Of a stretch of DNA of 40,072 nucleotides, positions 1-8,853 are shown piece after piece. The position numbers were made by a program, and so were the translations under genes. This DNA comes from Chthoniobacteraceae bacterium. Lineage in GTDB: Bacteria; Verrucomicrobiota; Verrucomicrobiia; Chthoniobacterales; Chthoniobacteraceae. The stretch spans positions 1-40,072 of the forward strand of contig JANNWY010000245.1 in the NCBI GenBank assembly GCA_031409335.1, given 5' to 3'. The stretch's first letter is position 1. Each line of letters opens with the position of its first letter. The notes under the pieces were generated by a model. The model worked only from the letters and a program-made list of their open reading frames with translations. It was not told the origin of the DNA and did no database searches.

Positions 1-1287
1 GGGATCGGTGAAGGCGAGAACTTCTTTGCCAGCGACGTGAGCGCGGTGGTGGCTCACACCCGCGATGCTGTATATCTGAAGGACTATGACATCGCGGTGC
101 TAAGTAGGGATAGGTTCGAGATCACTTCGCTGCTGGGTGGAGCTAGTGGGTTTGAAGTTACCAAGGTCGAGTTCACCGAGGAAGACGTGAGCAAGGGTGA
201 GTATCCGCATTACATGCTCAAGGAAATCTACGAGCAGCCACAGACGATTCAGGATGCCTTGCGTGGGAGGCTTTCGCGGGAAGAGGCTTCGGCAAAGCTC
301 GGCGGGCTGGATATGACGGCGGCGGAATTGCGCGCTGTGGATCGTATCATCCTGACTGGATGCGGGACGGCGAGCCATGCGGCGATGGTCGGCGAGTACG
401 TCATCGAGTCGCTGGCGCACGTGCCTTGCGAAGTGGAGTTCGCGAGTGAGTTCCGCTACCGGAACATGCCGCTCTCGAAGGATTCCCTCGTCTTTTGCAT
501 CAGCCAGAGTGGCGAGACGGCGGATACGCTCGCGGCACTGCGCGAGAGCCAGCGGAAAGGGCATCGGACGCTGGGCATTTGTAACAATGTCGCCTCGACG
601 ATCGCGCGGGAAAGCGACGGCGGCGTCTATATGCACGCAGGCCCGGAGATCGGCGTGGCGGCGACCAAGTCCTTTACCTCGCAAGTGACGATCATGACGC
701 TGATCGGTCTGCTGCTGGGTCGCATCCGGCATCTGAGTTCGAGCGAAGGCCTCGCGATCATCGACGAACTGGAGGCCATCCCGGACAAGGTGCGGCGGAT
801 CCTTGCGGCGAATGACCACATCAAGGCTATCGCCGCCAAATATGCGCACGCGCAAGCCATGATGTTTCTCGGAAGGCAGTTTAACTATCCCGTGGCTTTG
901 GAGGGTGCCTTGAAGATGAAGGAGATTAGTTACATTCACGCCAGCGGCCACCCGAGTGCGGAGCTAAAGCATGGAGTGATCGCTCTAATCACGCCTGAGC
1001 TACCCAGCGTATTTATAGCGCCCAACGACTCGGTGTTGGCAAAGAACATCTCGAATATCGAGGAAGTGAAGGCACGGAAGGGACCCATCATCGCCATCGG
1101 GACGGAAGGCTGTTCCAAGCTCGCGAAGGTGGCTGATGATTTGATCGAGATACCGGCCTGCCCGGACTATCTTTCACCCATCCTCACGGCCATCCCGCTG
1201 CAATTGCTCGCCTACCACATGGCGGTGCATCTCGGCTGCGATGTGGACAAGCCGCGCAATCTCGCGAAATCGGTGACAGTGGAGTGA
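1..1287 (+). CDS. glmS: Glutamine--fructose-6-phosphate aminotransferase (5'-truncated by window)
   Basis: Frame open from base 1 (GIGEGENFFASDV); HYMLKEIYEQP, two SIS domains (CGTASHA, ISQSGETADT, GVAATKSFTSQ), ELKHG and C-terminal DVDKPRNLAKSVTVE. Confidence 0.98.
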   Translation, partial: GIGEGENFFASDVSAVVAHTRDAVYLKDYDIAVLSRDRFEITSLLGGASGFEVTKVEFTEEDVSKGEYPHYMLKEIYEQPQTIQDALRGRLSREEASAKLGGLDMTAAELRAVDRIILTGCGTASHAAMVGEYVIESLAHVPCEVEFASEFRYRNMPLSKDSLVFCISQSGETADTLAALRESQRKGHRTLGICNNVASTIARESDGGVYMHAGPEIGVAATKSFTSQVTIMTLIGLLLGRIRHLSSSEGLAIIDELEAIPDKVRRILAANDHIKAIAAKYAHAQAMMFLGRQFNYPVALEGALKMKEISYIHASGHPSAELKHGVIALITPELPSVFIAPNDSVLAKNISNIEEVKARKGPIIAIGTEGCSKLAKVADDLIEIPACPDYLSPILTAIPLQLLAYHMAVHLGCDVDKPRNLAKSVTVE

Positions 1288-1290
1288 TTC

Positions 1291-3339
1291 CTACTGCCGC
1301 GTGATGCGCAGCCGCATGAATTGCACGGGCGCCGAACCAATCATCGCCGGGGATGGGACCGACACCGTTTGCGTTGTCGTCGATGCCGGGAGCACGGGTG
1401 CGGCAGCAACGGTTTCGACGGAGTTCCAGTCCACGAGGTTGGTGGAAACCTCGACGATATAACCCACGTCCACGGCGGTCGTGGACTTCGTGAATGTCAG
1501 TTCGGGGAATCCACCGTTGTTGATGGCAGTCGAGGGAACCGCGTTCGCGTTGGGCGTCTTGGGATCAAGGCCAAGCGCGTATTCGACCAGATTTGCGATG
1601 CCATCGCGATCCAGGTCGGCAAGGTCACCACTGATTGCGGAATTCGCGAGTTCGGTCGTCGTAAAGTTTGCGTGGCGCCATGCGTCGATGGGCTGATCGC
1701 GAAGGGTGATGGTTGCATTGGCGTCCGCAAAGGTCGCCGCGAGGCCCGATGCCAGCGTGATCGTGACCGTTTCGTCACCCTCGGCCAGGGCGTCCATCAC
1801 GGGTGTGATGGATATCGTCGTGCTTGCCGCGTTTGCGGGGATGGTGGCGGTCGCGGGAAGCGCGACGAAATCGGAGCCGGTGGTGGCAGTGCCGGTGACG
1901 GTGAATGCGACCGTGAGAGGATTCGATAGGTCACCGGAACGTGTGATCGTGAATGAACCGGGCGTGAAGCCGCGCTCAGTGGCATCCGTGGCTGTGGCTG
2001 TGATGCTGAAGTTCGCGACGGTATTCCATGCCAGGCCGTAGGCGATGCCAGTGGTATTGCCAGTGACTTCGAGGGCGTATCGGCCTGGCAGAAGGGTGGG
2101 TGCGTAGAGGTGCTCGACATTATCGACGGCGCTCACGCTTTCATCGACCAGCGAACCCTTCGCAAAGCCATTTGCGGCAAAGATTCGCAGGGTCAGATCG
2201 GGCACAGTGGACGATGGGTTTCCCCAGGTCACCGTCGGAATCGTATCCTCGACGATGCGATTCCACGTGAGGACCGCGGATAGTCGTGATTCAGCGGTAC
2301 TTGGGAAAATGTCGAAGAAGTAGAGCTTGCCGACTGCGGCGGTAGTATTGAAATCCCAGCCACGGCTGCCGACAGAGACGGAGCTACTAGCAGGCCGCTG
2401 GCCGGCAGCTAGGATGTGGTAGCTATGCTGGACGTTTAGCTGTCCGGCACCGAAGTGCCCATCCAGCGGGCGGGTGGTGGTGCGACTCCAGCCTGCAATT
2501 TGATCCTTGGTCGCACCGGCGAGCAGCATTGCCTTGAGTGCAACGGAATGCCTTCCCGCGGCCGGTGCTGCCTGTAGCAGCAGCGCGCCAGCGGAGCCGA
2601 CCAGCGGCGTCGCAAAGCTCGTGGCAAAGAAGGGTGCCACGATCTCGGGTTTCACCCGTCCCGCGCCATCGAGCGTGCTGGCGCCGGAGCTATGGCCGCC
2701 ATTGGTGAGCCCGACGGAGATGGCATTGTAGGCATTCGCCAGCAGCGCCGGAACCGCAGTGCCACTGCCATTGTTCAGACCCACTGCGGCGAGGAAGTCA
2801 TCACGCTGCATGGCGAAGTCGAACCGCCTCAGAATCTCGATGTCGTCGGGGCCACCGTTGTCCACCGTGCCGATCCAACTATGGTTTTGGATGTCCCTGT
2901 TTTCCACCGAGGGCGCAAGCAGGGTGTTCGTCTTGAGGAACCCACTGAAGACCCACGCGTTCGCCTCATACACGTCGATGTTACTGACGCCGGGTGAAAG
3001 GCTGCCGGTGTTGCCGAAGAGATAGGTGGCGACTGCGTTTGCATGGCTCGAGACGGTCGATATGCCGGATTTTGCGAAGATGGTTTTACCGGAAAACTCT
3101 GCCTGGCCGAGATCCGGCGTGTAGATCTTGGCCGTGGTGGAGAGGCTGGCTTCGACTTGGGAAATGCCGACGCCGATGCCGGTCGGGATCGTGGCACCGA
3201 GTTCGGCGCGGAGGGCGTTCAGGCCGATGTCATCCGCGTAGTCTGCGCGCGATCGGGGCAACGCAAAGAGTCCGAGGGCGATGAGGCCCGCGGCGAAGAG
3301 TTGCCTCGTCAGAAAGTGCGGTGGCCGGGGGCTTCGCAT
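1291..3339 (-). CDS. Secreted S8 (subtilase-like) serine peptidase with Calx-beta-like domain and Verrucomicrobia-type C-terminal domain
   Basis: Signal peptide; HANAVA (His), QNHSW, GRVKPEIVAP, TSFATPLV (Ser), HFGAGQLN; Calx-beta-like FTITRSGD...EGDETVTITL; DLDRDGIANLVEYALGLDP and terminal FMRLRI. Confidence 0.8.
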   Translation of the reverse strand: MRSPRPPHFLTRQLFAAGLIALGLFALPRSRADYADDIGLNALRAELGATIPTGIGVGISQVEASLSTTAKIYTPDLGQAEFSGKTIFAKSGISTVSSHANAVATYLFGNTGSLSPGVSNIDVYEANAWVFSGFLKTNTLLAPSVENRDIQNHSWIGTVDNGGPDDIEILRRFDFAMQRDDFLAAVGLNNGSGTAVPALLANAYNAISVGLTNGGHSSGASTLDGAGRVKPEIVAPFFATSFATPLVGSAGALLLQAAPAAGRHSVALKAMLLAGATKDQIAGWSRTTTRPLDGHFGAGQLNVQHSYHILAAGQRPASSSVSVGSRGWDFNTTAAVGKLYFFDIFPSTAESRLSAVLTWNRIVEDTIPTVTWGNPSSTVPDLTLRIFAANGFAKGSLVDESVSAVDNVEHLYAPTLLPGRYALEVTGNTTGIAYGLAWNTVANFSITATATDATERGFTPGSFTITRSGDLSNPLTVAFTVTGTATTGSDFVALPATATIPANAASTTISITPVMDALAEGDETVTITLASGLAATFADANATITLRDQPIDAWRHANFTTTELANSAISGDLADLDRDGIANLVEYALGLDPKTPNANAVPSTAINNGGFPELTFTKSTTAVDVGYIVEVSTNLVDWNSVETVAAAPVLPASTTTQTVSVPSPAMIGSAPVQFMRLRITRQ

Positions 3340-3439
3340 GGAGTCGCGGGACGGTCGAATCGCATGGTTGATCTGTCAATCGGATGCTCCTGGCTGCGCG
3401 ACATTTCGGGGCGTCGCACAGCCGCTTGGCCGCGGCAGT

Positions 3440-3482
3440 AAAAAAGTGAGCGGACGGGCGCTCGAATGAGCGGCCCGCCCGC
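3440..3482 (-). terminator. Intrinsic terminator-like hairpin on minus strand
   Basis: Minus strand GCGGGCGGGC-CGCTC-ATTC-GAGC-GCCCGTCCGC followed by TCAC and TTTTTT; one stem pair is a G-U wobble only on this strand. Confidence 0.6.
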
Positions 3483-3625
3483 AAGTTCCCCCCGGAACAA
3501 TGAGCACAACGCACGAACGTTTCGGTTGCTTAGAAAAAAGTGGGGATTTTTTCCGCGGGACCGCGCATCGTTTTGGGCATGAGCGAAAATCCGCAGTTCA
3601 AGCTCCCGTAACGGGTAAATCCCCG

Positions 3626-4006
3626 ATGCGACTCGATCAATGGCTGTGGGCAGTCCGGGTTTTCAAGACGCGATCGCTGGCCGTGGCTGCGATCAAGGCC
3701 GGGCATGTGCGGGTGAATGGCGAGAGTGTGAAACCGGCGCGTGAGGCGCGGGCCGGGGAGTGGGTGACGGCGCGGATCGGAGTGATGACCCGGACGCTGC
3801 GGGTGATCGGCGCGCCGGCGTCGCGCGTGGCGGGAAAGCGGGTTGCCGAGTTCGCGGAGGATCTCACGCCGCCGGAGGAGTTCGAGAAAATGCGCGCGCT
3901 CGCGTTTGGCGCGCCGGGTTCGCGCGCGCGAGGATCGGGGCGGCCGACGAAACGCGAACGGCGGGAGCTGGACGAGCGCGACCAGTTACAGGCTCGCGAC
4001 GACTGA
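3626..4006 (+). CDS. hslR: RNA-binding S4 domain protein, Hsp15 family
   Basis: MRLDQWLWAVRVFKTRSLA...GHVRVNG..VKPA and C-terminal GRPTKRERR; start moved from 3500 to the ATG at 3626 where the family motif begins. Confidence 0.9.
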   Translation: MRLDQWLWAVRVFKTRSLAVAAIKAGHVRVNGESVKPAREARAGEWVTARIGVMTRTLRVIGAPASRVAGKRVAEFAEDLTPPEEFEKMRALAFGAPGSRARGSGRPTKRERRELDERDQLQARDD

Positions 4007-4549
4007 TGGCAGGGCGCGGCTGAGGCGCATATTCACGATCTCGACCCGGGCTCCGACCGGCACGGAATCGAAGAGGCGCACGACATCGCGCGAGCGCATG
4101 CGGATGCAGCCGTAACTGGCGGGCCTGCCAATGCGCCGCTCCTCGGCGGTTCCGTGAATATAGATGCCACGCCGGAAGGCGCGGGCGTTTTGCGCTTCGA
4201 GCCCGCGCAGATGGAGGATGCGGGTGACGATGGGATCGCGACCAGGCGCGTTTGGACGGAGGATTTCACCGGTCCGGCGCTGGCCGCGGAAGACGCTGCC
4301 GACCGGCGCGTTACCGCCGACCTTTGCGGCGACCTGCAGCATTCCGAGCGGAGTGGCGAAACTGCGTGGTCGATCTCCGACACCGAATTTCGAGGTGGAG
4401 ACGGAATACTTGGCCACGCAGACGCCATTTTCCACGACAGCGAGGCGCTGATCCGGGACGCTCACCAGGATCATGGGAGTGGCGCGGGCTGCCAGGCAGC
4501 TCGCGGACAGCGCGGTTAAAAGCAGAGAGAATAGAAGCGTGAATCGCAT
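3986..4549 (-). CDS. L,D-transpeptidase (YkuD family), exported
   Basis: Signal peptide; TPLG motif; catalytic GIYIHGT...ASYGCIRM. Confidence 0.92.
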   Translation of the reverse strand: MRFTLLFSLLLTALSASCLAARATPMILVSVPDQRLAVVENGVCVAKYSVSTSKFGVGDRPRSFATPLGMLQVAAKVGGNAPVGSVFRGQRRTGEILRPNAPGRDPIVTRILHLRGLEAQNARAFRRGIYIHGTAEERRIGRPASYGCIRMRSRDVVRLFDSVPVGARVEIVNMRLSRALPSVVASL

Positions 4550-4685
4550 CAGCAGTACAAAGCACGCCTAGTGCCGCGGGCGGTTGGTGGGGGGCGGGAA
4601 TCCCAATTTGAAAACTCCAAATCCAAAATGAATTTCAAAACGCAGCGGGGAGTTTCAAAACGGCGGGGCTTGGCATTCCTGCGGG

Positions 4686-6191
4686 TCAGGCCGGGAGCGC
4701 TTCGTCGGTATCCCGACCGGGGAAACGGAGCGCGGGGAACCACTGGGCGAGCGAGCAAAGGGCGACATATCCGAAGCCGACTTGGAAGAGCGACAGGAAG
4801 ATGACGTTCAGCCAGTTCTGGTGGATGAACGCGTAACTCAGGAGATAGGTGAAGTAGATCGCGAAGGCGAGTTCGACGAGCGGCAGGAAGCTCTTGATCG
4901 GGAGATAGCGCGCTTTTTTCCACGACTGCGTTTTGCGCTCGATGCCGTATTTCGGGGTGCGGGTGAATTCGGATTGATGGCCGAAGAGGGCTTCGAGGAC
5001 GGCGCGGGCGTTGTTGATCGCGAGGCCGACGCCGAGGGCGAGGACCATCGGGAGGAGCAGGATTTCCTTTAGCCACGATTTGGGATACAGCTCGCGCTGC
5101 GTGCAAATGTAGAAGACGGCGGCGGGCAGCGAGGCGGAGAGATAGATGGGCACATCGACGAGCATCATTTTCCAAAAGCTGTAGGGGCCGCCATCGGAAT
5201 TTGGGTGCATGAGGATGCAGAGGAAAAAGAGGAGGAGGTAGGCGTAGTTCGCGGTGAGATGCGCGGTGCTTTCCAGTTTCACGAGCAGCGGCAGGTCGGC
5301 TTTCCAGACGGCGGGGAGCAGCTTCAGGCAGGTCTGGATCGAGCCTTTCGTCCAGCGATGCTGCTGCGATTTGAAGCCGTTCATATCCACCGGCAGTTCG
5401 GCGGGCGTGACGAGGTCGGGCAGGAAAACGAAACGCCAGCCTTTGAGTTGCGCGCGGTAGCTGAGGTCGAGGTCTTCGGTGAGCGTGTCGTGCTGCCAGC
5501 CGCCGGAATCAGCGATGCACGAGCGCCGCCAGAGGCCGGCGGTGCCGTTGAAATTAAAAAACCGGCCGCTGCGGCTGCGGGCGGTTTGTTCCAGCAAAAG
5601 ATGGCCGTCGAGGAACATGGCCTGGACGCGGGTGAGCAGGGAATAGGTGCGGTTCAGGTGGCCCCAGCGCGTCTGGATCATGCCCACTTTCGGGTCGGTG
5701 AAATGGTGGATCGTCTTGCGCAGCATGTCCGTCGCGGGGACGAAGTCGGCATCGAGGATGAGGACGTATTCGCCTTTGCAAGTGCGCAGCCCGTTTTCGA
5801 GCGCGCCGGCCTTGTAGCCGGTCCGGTCGGTCCGCTGGATGTGAACGATGTCGAGGCCGGCGGCGCGCAATTCCGCCACCTGCCGCGCGGCGATCGCGAC
5901 CGTCTCATCGGTCGAATCGTCAAGCACCTGCACTTCGAGCAGTTCCCGCGGATAGTCGAGGGCGGCGACCGATTTCAGCAGTCGCTCGACGACGTAAAGT
6001 TCGTTGAAGATCGGCAGCTGGACCGTGACTTTCGGCAGTTGTTCGAACTGGCCGAGCGGCACCGGAGCCCGGCGGCGGTTCTTCAGAAATAGGTAAACGA
6101 TAACGTAGCGATGCAGGCCAAAAAGAGAGAGGCCGAGCAGAACGACGAAGTAGCTAATGGTCCAAATGGTGGTTCCCAGACTTCCTTGCAT
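4686..6191 (-). CDS. Processive membrane GT2 glycosyltransferase (CslA/cellulose-synthase-like)
   Basis: VTVQLPIFNE, LDDSTDET, GYKAGAL, ILDADF, TLTEDLDLSYRAQL, QQHRW (D,D,D,QxxRW); N- and C-terminal TM helices; EFTRTPK. Confidence 0.93.
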   Translation of the reverse strand: MQGSLGTTIWTISYFVVLLGLSLFGLHRYVIVYLFLKNRRRAPVPLGQFEQLPKVTVQLPIFNELYVVERLLKSVAALDYPRELLEVQVLDDSTDETVAIAARQVAELRAAGLDIVHIQRTDRTGYKAGALENGLRTCKGEYVLILDADFVPATDMLRKTIHHFTDPKVGMIQTRWGHLNRTYSLLTRVQAMFLDGHLLLEQTARSRSGRFFNFNGTAGLWRRSCIADSGGWQHDTLTEDLDLSYRAQLKGWRFVFLPDLVTPAELPVDMNGFKSQQHRWTKGSIQTCLKLLPAVWKADLPLLVKLESTAHLTANYAYLLLFFLCILMHPNSDGGPYSFWKMMLVDVPIYLSASLPAAVFYICTQRELYPKSWLKEILLLPMVLALGVGLAINNARAVLEALFGHQSEFTRTPKYGIERKTQSWKKARYLPIKSFLPLVELAFAIYFTYLLSYAFIHQNWLNVIFLSLFQVGFGYVALCSLAQWFPALRFPGRDTDEALPA

Positions 6192-6360
6192 AGAAAAAAA
6201 TTAGCCGGTTCCGGCGCGATCAAGCGCGGAATCTTGGCGGGATGTCCGGGGGGGTCAAGCGGGAAATCTGCCTGCCGAAAGGCTTGGATTCAAGCCGCAT
6301 CCGGTTTTCCCGCGGGGGGAAAATCGCCTAATTTTGATACTGCAATTGCGCGCGTTTTGC

Positions 6361-7203
6361 ATGAAACACATGGGCATGGATTCCTTCCCGCGCGGCATCA
6401 TCGCAGCCGCCATCACCCTCGCCTTGTCCCTGCCCGCTCCTGCGCAAAAGCCGCGCACTCCCGCCGAGGCCGCATCCATCGAGCACATGCGCGAGGAGCT
6501 CGGCATCAATGAATTCACCGCGCCGTCGATCGCGCTGCTCTTCCGCGAACTGGAAGAATTGCGACCGATCCCTTTTGAGAAAGTCTGGCGTGATCTGCCC
6601 GATCCGCAGCCGCAAAACCGCGCGCTGCTCGGGCTGCTCGCGGGCGGTGTGATCGCGGATGGTTTTCTCGCCGTGGCGGCGGAAAAGCGGTCGCGCATCG
6701 AGCCGGTCGGGCGCGTGCTGCTGAAGCTCGGAAAGGGATTGGGCGTGGGCGATCACATCACCAAGCACAGCCGCAGCATTCTGGAAAAGTCGGTGCAAAA
6801 TCAATGGCCGGATGTGAAGACCGAACTCGTCCGCGCGCAGGCCGACACGGAGGCGGGGCTGATGGCGCTGAAGGATGAGGAGATCGCGCATCTCGTGGCG
6901 CTCGGCGGGTGGCTGCGCGGGCTGGAAATCACGTCCTCGCTCATCGCCGAGGACTACAGTGAGAAACGCGCCGGCCGGCTCATCCAGCCGGAACTTTTCG
7001 ATTATTTCATCGACCGCGTCGGCACGCTCAATCCGAAGCTCAAGGCGATGCGCCCCTTCCAAATCATCGAGCGCAACCTGAAGCAGATTCGCACCATGGC
7101 CACGCGCCCGGTCGATAAGCCAATGTCGATCGAGGAAGTGAAGGAATACCGAAATCTCGCCCGCGAAATGAACAAGGCGATCGTCAAAGGGGACGAGCAG
7201 TGA
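6361..7203 (+). CDS. Exported helical hypothetical protein
   Basis: Clean ORF with signal peptide (IIAAAITLALSLPAPA) and host-like codon usage; start uncertain (6361, 6370 or 6376). Confidence 0.8.
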   Translation: MKHMGMDSFPRGIIAAAITLALSLPAPAQKPRTPAEAASIEHMREELGINEFTAPSIALLFRELEELRPIPFEKVWRDLPDPQPQNRALLGLLAGGVIADGFLAVAAEKRSRIEPVGRVLLKLGKGLGVGDHITKHSRSILEKSVQNQWPDVKTELVRAQADTEAGLMALKDEEIAHLVALGGWLRGLEITSSLIAEDYSEKRAGRLIQPELFDYFIDRVGTLNPKLKAMRPFQIIERNLKQIRTMATRPVDKPMSIEEVKEYRNLAREMNKAIVKGDEQ

Positions 7204-7225
7204 GCTGCGCGCGTGGCTGCCCGAT

Positions 7226-7873
7226 GTGATGCGGCGGGGAGTCGTGATTTTCGTAAAATATCCCGAGCCGGGGCGGGTGAAGACGCGGCTGGCTGCGACG
7301 CTCGGAGCGGAGCGCGCGACGGAGATTTACCGGTGGCTGGTGGCGGAAGTTTTCGCGCGCTTGCCGGAGGATTTGGCGGTGATCGCGTGCTTCGATCCCG
7401 CGGAGCGCCGGACGGAAATCGAGCGATGGCTCGGCAGCGTGGCCGGGGATCGCGAGCTGCGCTTTTGGCCGCAGGCCGCCGGCGATCTCGGCGCCCGGCT
7501 GGAACGTGCGTGCGCGGAGGCGTGCGCCTTCGGTTTCCAGCAGTTCGCGGTGATCGGGACGGACTGTGTCGAGATCGACGCGGCGATCTTCGATGAAACG
7601 TGGGCGGCGCTCGTAACCAGCGATGTCGTGCTCGGGCCGAGCGAGGACGGCGGCTACTATCTCATCGCGCTCGCATCACCCTGCTCGACGCTCTTCCAAA
7701 ACATCCCGTGGAGCGGCGGGCGGGTCCTCGCGGAAACGCTGGCGCGCGCGGCGGCGGCGAATCTCGCGGTGCATTTGCTGCCGGTGCATCTCGATGTCGA
7801 TACCGAAGAGGACTGGCGGAGGGCGCGGCAGCGGCTAGGATTCGCAGCAGAAAAAACACCCCATGGAATTTGA
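7226..7873 (+). CDS. TIGR04282/DUF2064 family glycosyltransferase-like (GT-A/CofC-like) protein
   Basis: IFVKYPEPGRVKTRLA, Q..GDLGARL, VIGTDC, VLGPSEDGGYYLI, IPWS, DVDTEEDW. Confidence 0.9.
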   Translation: MMRRGVVIFVKYPEPGRVKTRLAATLGAERATEIYRWLVAEVFARLPEDLAVIACFDPAERRTEIERWLGSVAGDRELRFWPQAAGDLGARLERACAEACAFGFQQFAVIGTDCVEIDAAIFDETWAALVTSDVVLGPSEDGGYYLIALASPCSTLFQNIPWSGGRVLAETLARAAAANLAVHLLPVHLDVDTEEDWRRARQRLGFAAEKTPHGI

Positions 7874-8807
7874 AGCTCCGATCTTTTTTGAACCGCTGCT
7901 CATGGAGCGAATCTGGGGCGGTCGCCGCCTCGAAACGCTGCTCCACAAACGGCTGCCGGTCGGGATGCGGTTTGGCGAATCGTGGGAACTGGTGGACCGC
8001 GTGGACGCGCAGAGCGTCGTTCACGATGGACCGCTGCGCGGGCTGACGCTGCATGAATTGTGGACGGATCATCGCGAGCCGGTCTTCGGCGCGGGGCTGC
8101 CGGAAGCGGAGCGTTTTCCGCTGCTCTTCAAGCTGCTCGATGCGCAGGAACGGCTGTCCGTGCAAGTGCATCCGCCCGCTTCCGTGGCGGCGCAACTTGG
8201 CGGCGAGCCGAAGACGGAGATGTGGTATCTCATCGACACGCTGCTCGACAGCGACCTTTACGCGGGACTGAAACGCGGGGTCACCCGCGAGGATTTTCTC
8301 GAGGCGCTGGACGAAGGTCACGTCGCGGATTTGATCCACAATATTCCCGTCCATCGCGGTGATGCATTTTTCATCCCAAGCGGACGCATCCACGCGATCG
8401 GCGCGGGAAATCTGATCTTCGAAGTGCAGCAAAACAGCGACACGACCTACCGCGTCTTCGATTGGAACCGGCTCGGCCTCGACGGCAAACCGCGCCAGTT
8501 GCACGTCAATGAATCGTTGCAGTCGATCGACTTCGACGATCCCGAGCCGGGCGTCGTCGCGCAGGTCGGCGAGACGGTCGTCAAATGCGAACATTTCCAT
8601 GTCGAAAAATGGACGCTCGCGCAGCCGCGCAGCGCAGCCGATTCGGGTTTTGCCGTGTTCACGGTGATCGCAGGCCGGCTGGAATGCGCCGGGCGGCAGT
8701 TTGCGATGGGCGACTTTTTCCTCGTCCCGGCATCACTCGCAAACCGCGACCTAAAACCGCTCGAACCCGGCACCACCGTCCTGCGCACGACGATCCCGGC
8801 TGGATAA
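7863..8807 (+). CDS. manA: Mannose-6-phosphate isomerase, type I
   Basis: IWGGRRL, GESWE, FPLLFKLLDA, LSVQVHP, KTEMWY, HAIGAG, EVQQNSDTTYRVFDWNR. Confidence 0.95.
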   Translation: MEFEAPIFFEPLLMERIWGGRRLETLLHKRLPVGMRFGESWELVDRVDAQSVVHDGPLRGLTLHELWTDHREPVFGAGLPEAERFPLLFKLLDAQERLSVQVHPPASVAAQLGGEPKTEMWYLIDTLLDSDLYAGLKRGVTREDFLEALDEGHVADLIHNIPVHRGDAFFIPSGRIHAIGAGNLIFEVQQNSDTTYRVFDWNRLGLDGKPRQLHVNESLQSIDFDDPEPGVVAQVGETVVKCEHFHVEKWTLAQPRSAADSGFAVFTVIAGRLECAGRQFAMGDFFLVPASLANRDLKPLEPGTTVLRTTIPAG

Positions 8808-8853
8808 AATTCCGAGTTCCAATCGCCAGAATGCCAGTCGTCGCTCGCCGCTT

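Noticed and set aside
7226..7873. Arsenosugar biosynthesis cluster
   Set aside because: No radical SAM, methyltransferase or TIGR04283 partner in the window
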